The position numbers and the translations under genes were made by a program. DNA of 46,289 nt from Candidatus Poribacteria bacterium (lineage in GTDB: Bacteria > Poribacteria > WGA-4E > WGA-3G). Below are positions 45,153 through 46,289 of the stretch, piece after piece. A model generated the notes under the pieces. That model made no database searches, was not told the origin of the DNA, and saw nothing but the letters and a program-made list of their open reading frames with translations. Position 1 is the stretch's first letter, and each line of letters begins with the position of its first letter. The stretch spans positions 21,882 through 68,170 of the forward strand of contig PYJE01000068.1 of assembly GCA_003635305.1 (NCBI GenBank), read 5' to 3'.

Positions 45153-45231
45153 AGTAATTTCCTTTAGACGCGCGCAGGACGCTGAACTCATTGTCCTGCA
45201 CTGTCAAGGAGTCGAGGTCTGCGTGGAAGAC

Positions 45232-45573
45232 TTAAGCTACGAGGGTATAGTGAATATACTCAACTCGATACACAGTCCTCTCCGCGAAGTAGAGCGTCTC
45301 GTGATCTGGATGCGACCAGTAGTCGATTACACTACCACTCGTCCAGTCATGATACCTCCCATAGTGTGAGGTAATATGTCCGTGCAGATCCTCCGGATGG
45401 ATGGTTGTACGGGCATGAGACCCGGGATATGGACCGTCTATATAATAATAGTCCGTGACAACCAGGGTAAATCCACCCTCATCGTAGCTGCTCCGTGCAG
45501 TCTTGTTTGGCGTAATCGTGAAGACCGCGCAGATACAAGCGATGATCAGGAAGAGGATAAGTTTCTTGAACAT
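45232..45573 (-). CDS. Small secreted His/Trp-rich protein (paralog A)
   Basis: AAAGGAG RBS; signal peptide to TARS|SYDE; same core as 44091-44429. Confidence 0.8.
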   Translation of the reverse strand: MFKKLILFLIIACICAVFTITPNKTARSSYDEGGFTLVVTDYYYIDGPYPGSHARTTIHPEDLHGHITSHYGRYHDWTSGSVIDYWSHPDHETLYFAERTVYRVEYIHYTLVA

Positions 45574-45905
45574 GAGCGTAAATTCTCCTTTCGGACTCCC
45601 TTTTTAGGTATCCGAATAAACTTGAAAAATTTTCCTAACGGACGCGGCTTGTTGGTATAGCAAACCGAGCCTATCTTAAATGCCCCTTCTTCAGTGCCGC
45701 CCAGCGAGCCGGACAGTTGGGAAGGTTCGAGAAGATTTGTGCGAACAAGCTGCGAGACTAGGAAAACTAAACGTTTGCAGGAGACGTGTCTAATGATAAC
45801 ACGCCCACTGCATGAAATCAACAACTAAACAACAATCGTGGTATCTACCTTTTCGTTTCCAAAAACGGACAGATACCCCGTAGCGGACTGAAATGTGGGC
45901 TAGGG

Positions 45906-46289
45906 CTACTTCTCCGGCGGCGAAAGTTCACGGAGTGCCTCGGAAAGTCGCTTTCTTATCGTCGTCTTCCGCGACTTCACCGTGTTCTCGGGAATGCCGA
46001 GTCTCTCCCCTATCTCCGCCGACGTGTAACCCGCCTCCCACAACTTCAGCACGTCTACATATTTGGCATCCAACCCCTCAAGGAACATCATCGCCGCGTC
46101 ACTTAGGGAACCGCCGGCGCGGCCCCTGCGCGATTGTTCAGCGGCTGCCCGCTGGATGTCTGCGGCGAGTGCCACGGCCTGCTGGTGTTTCTGGGCGGCG
46201 CGTCCAAAGTCGGCGCATTTGTTGCGCGCGACTTGCTTGAGCCACTTGTCCACCTCGCGGATAGCGGTGGGGTCTTTGCGCACCTGCTT
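45906..46289 (-). CDS. ECF-type sigma-70 factor (5' truncated by the window)
   Basis: Region 2 end 'WLKQVARNKCAD'; region 4 HTH 'GYTSAEIGERLGIPENTVKSR'. Confidence 0.8.
   Translation of the reverse strand, partial: KQVRKDPTAIREVDKWLKQVARNKCADFGRAAQKHQQAVALAADIQRAAAEQSRRGRAGGSLSDAAMMFLEGLDAKYVDVLKLWEAGYTSAEIGERLGIPENTVKSRKTTIRKRLSEALRELSPPEK

Noticed and set aside
45574-45905. Structured ncRNA or riboswitch upstream of the His-rich cassette
   Set aside because: Only a short inverted repeat (ggtatct/agatacc) is visible and no known family motif was recognised. An Infernal/Rfam search would be needed.

Overview
This is a 46-kb bacterial chromosomal segment, most likely from Candidatus Poribacteria (sponge symbiont). 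That assignment is an inference from secreted proteins ending in a '(V)xPxxKLxTTWGxLK' tail, a LamG protein, a DUF1549/DUF1553 protein and a long TPR protein. Housekeeping genes include degP-like, a fusA-like paralog, rpoB, rpoC, fumC, lon, birA and galU-like, alongside accessory genes. Five features stand out. (1) The RNA polymerase beta and beta' subunits both carry arrays of the same ~38-42-aa Cys/His-containing repeat: 5 copies in beta and about 12-14 in an ~840-aa trigger-loop insertion of beta'. The repeat resembles a native beta' clamp segment. (2) The RpoB rifamycin pocket carries several substitutions at resistance-associated positions. (3) Several families of GTAG-initiated REP-like palindromes fill the intergenic spaces, are inserted in frame in EF-G, a TPR protein, a GalU-like enzyme and a DUF1549 protein, and supply stop codons. 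(4) Four secreted proteins share a C-terminal TTWGxLK tail. (5) A His-rich secreted-protein cassette next to an ECF sigma gene has paralogs that share a 60-nt identical core. No rRNA, tRNA, CRISPR array or transposase was recognised. All family names come from motif recognition by eye, not from database searches.
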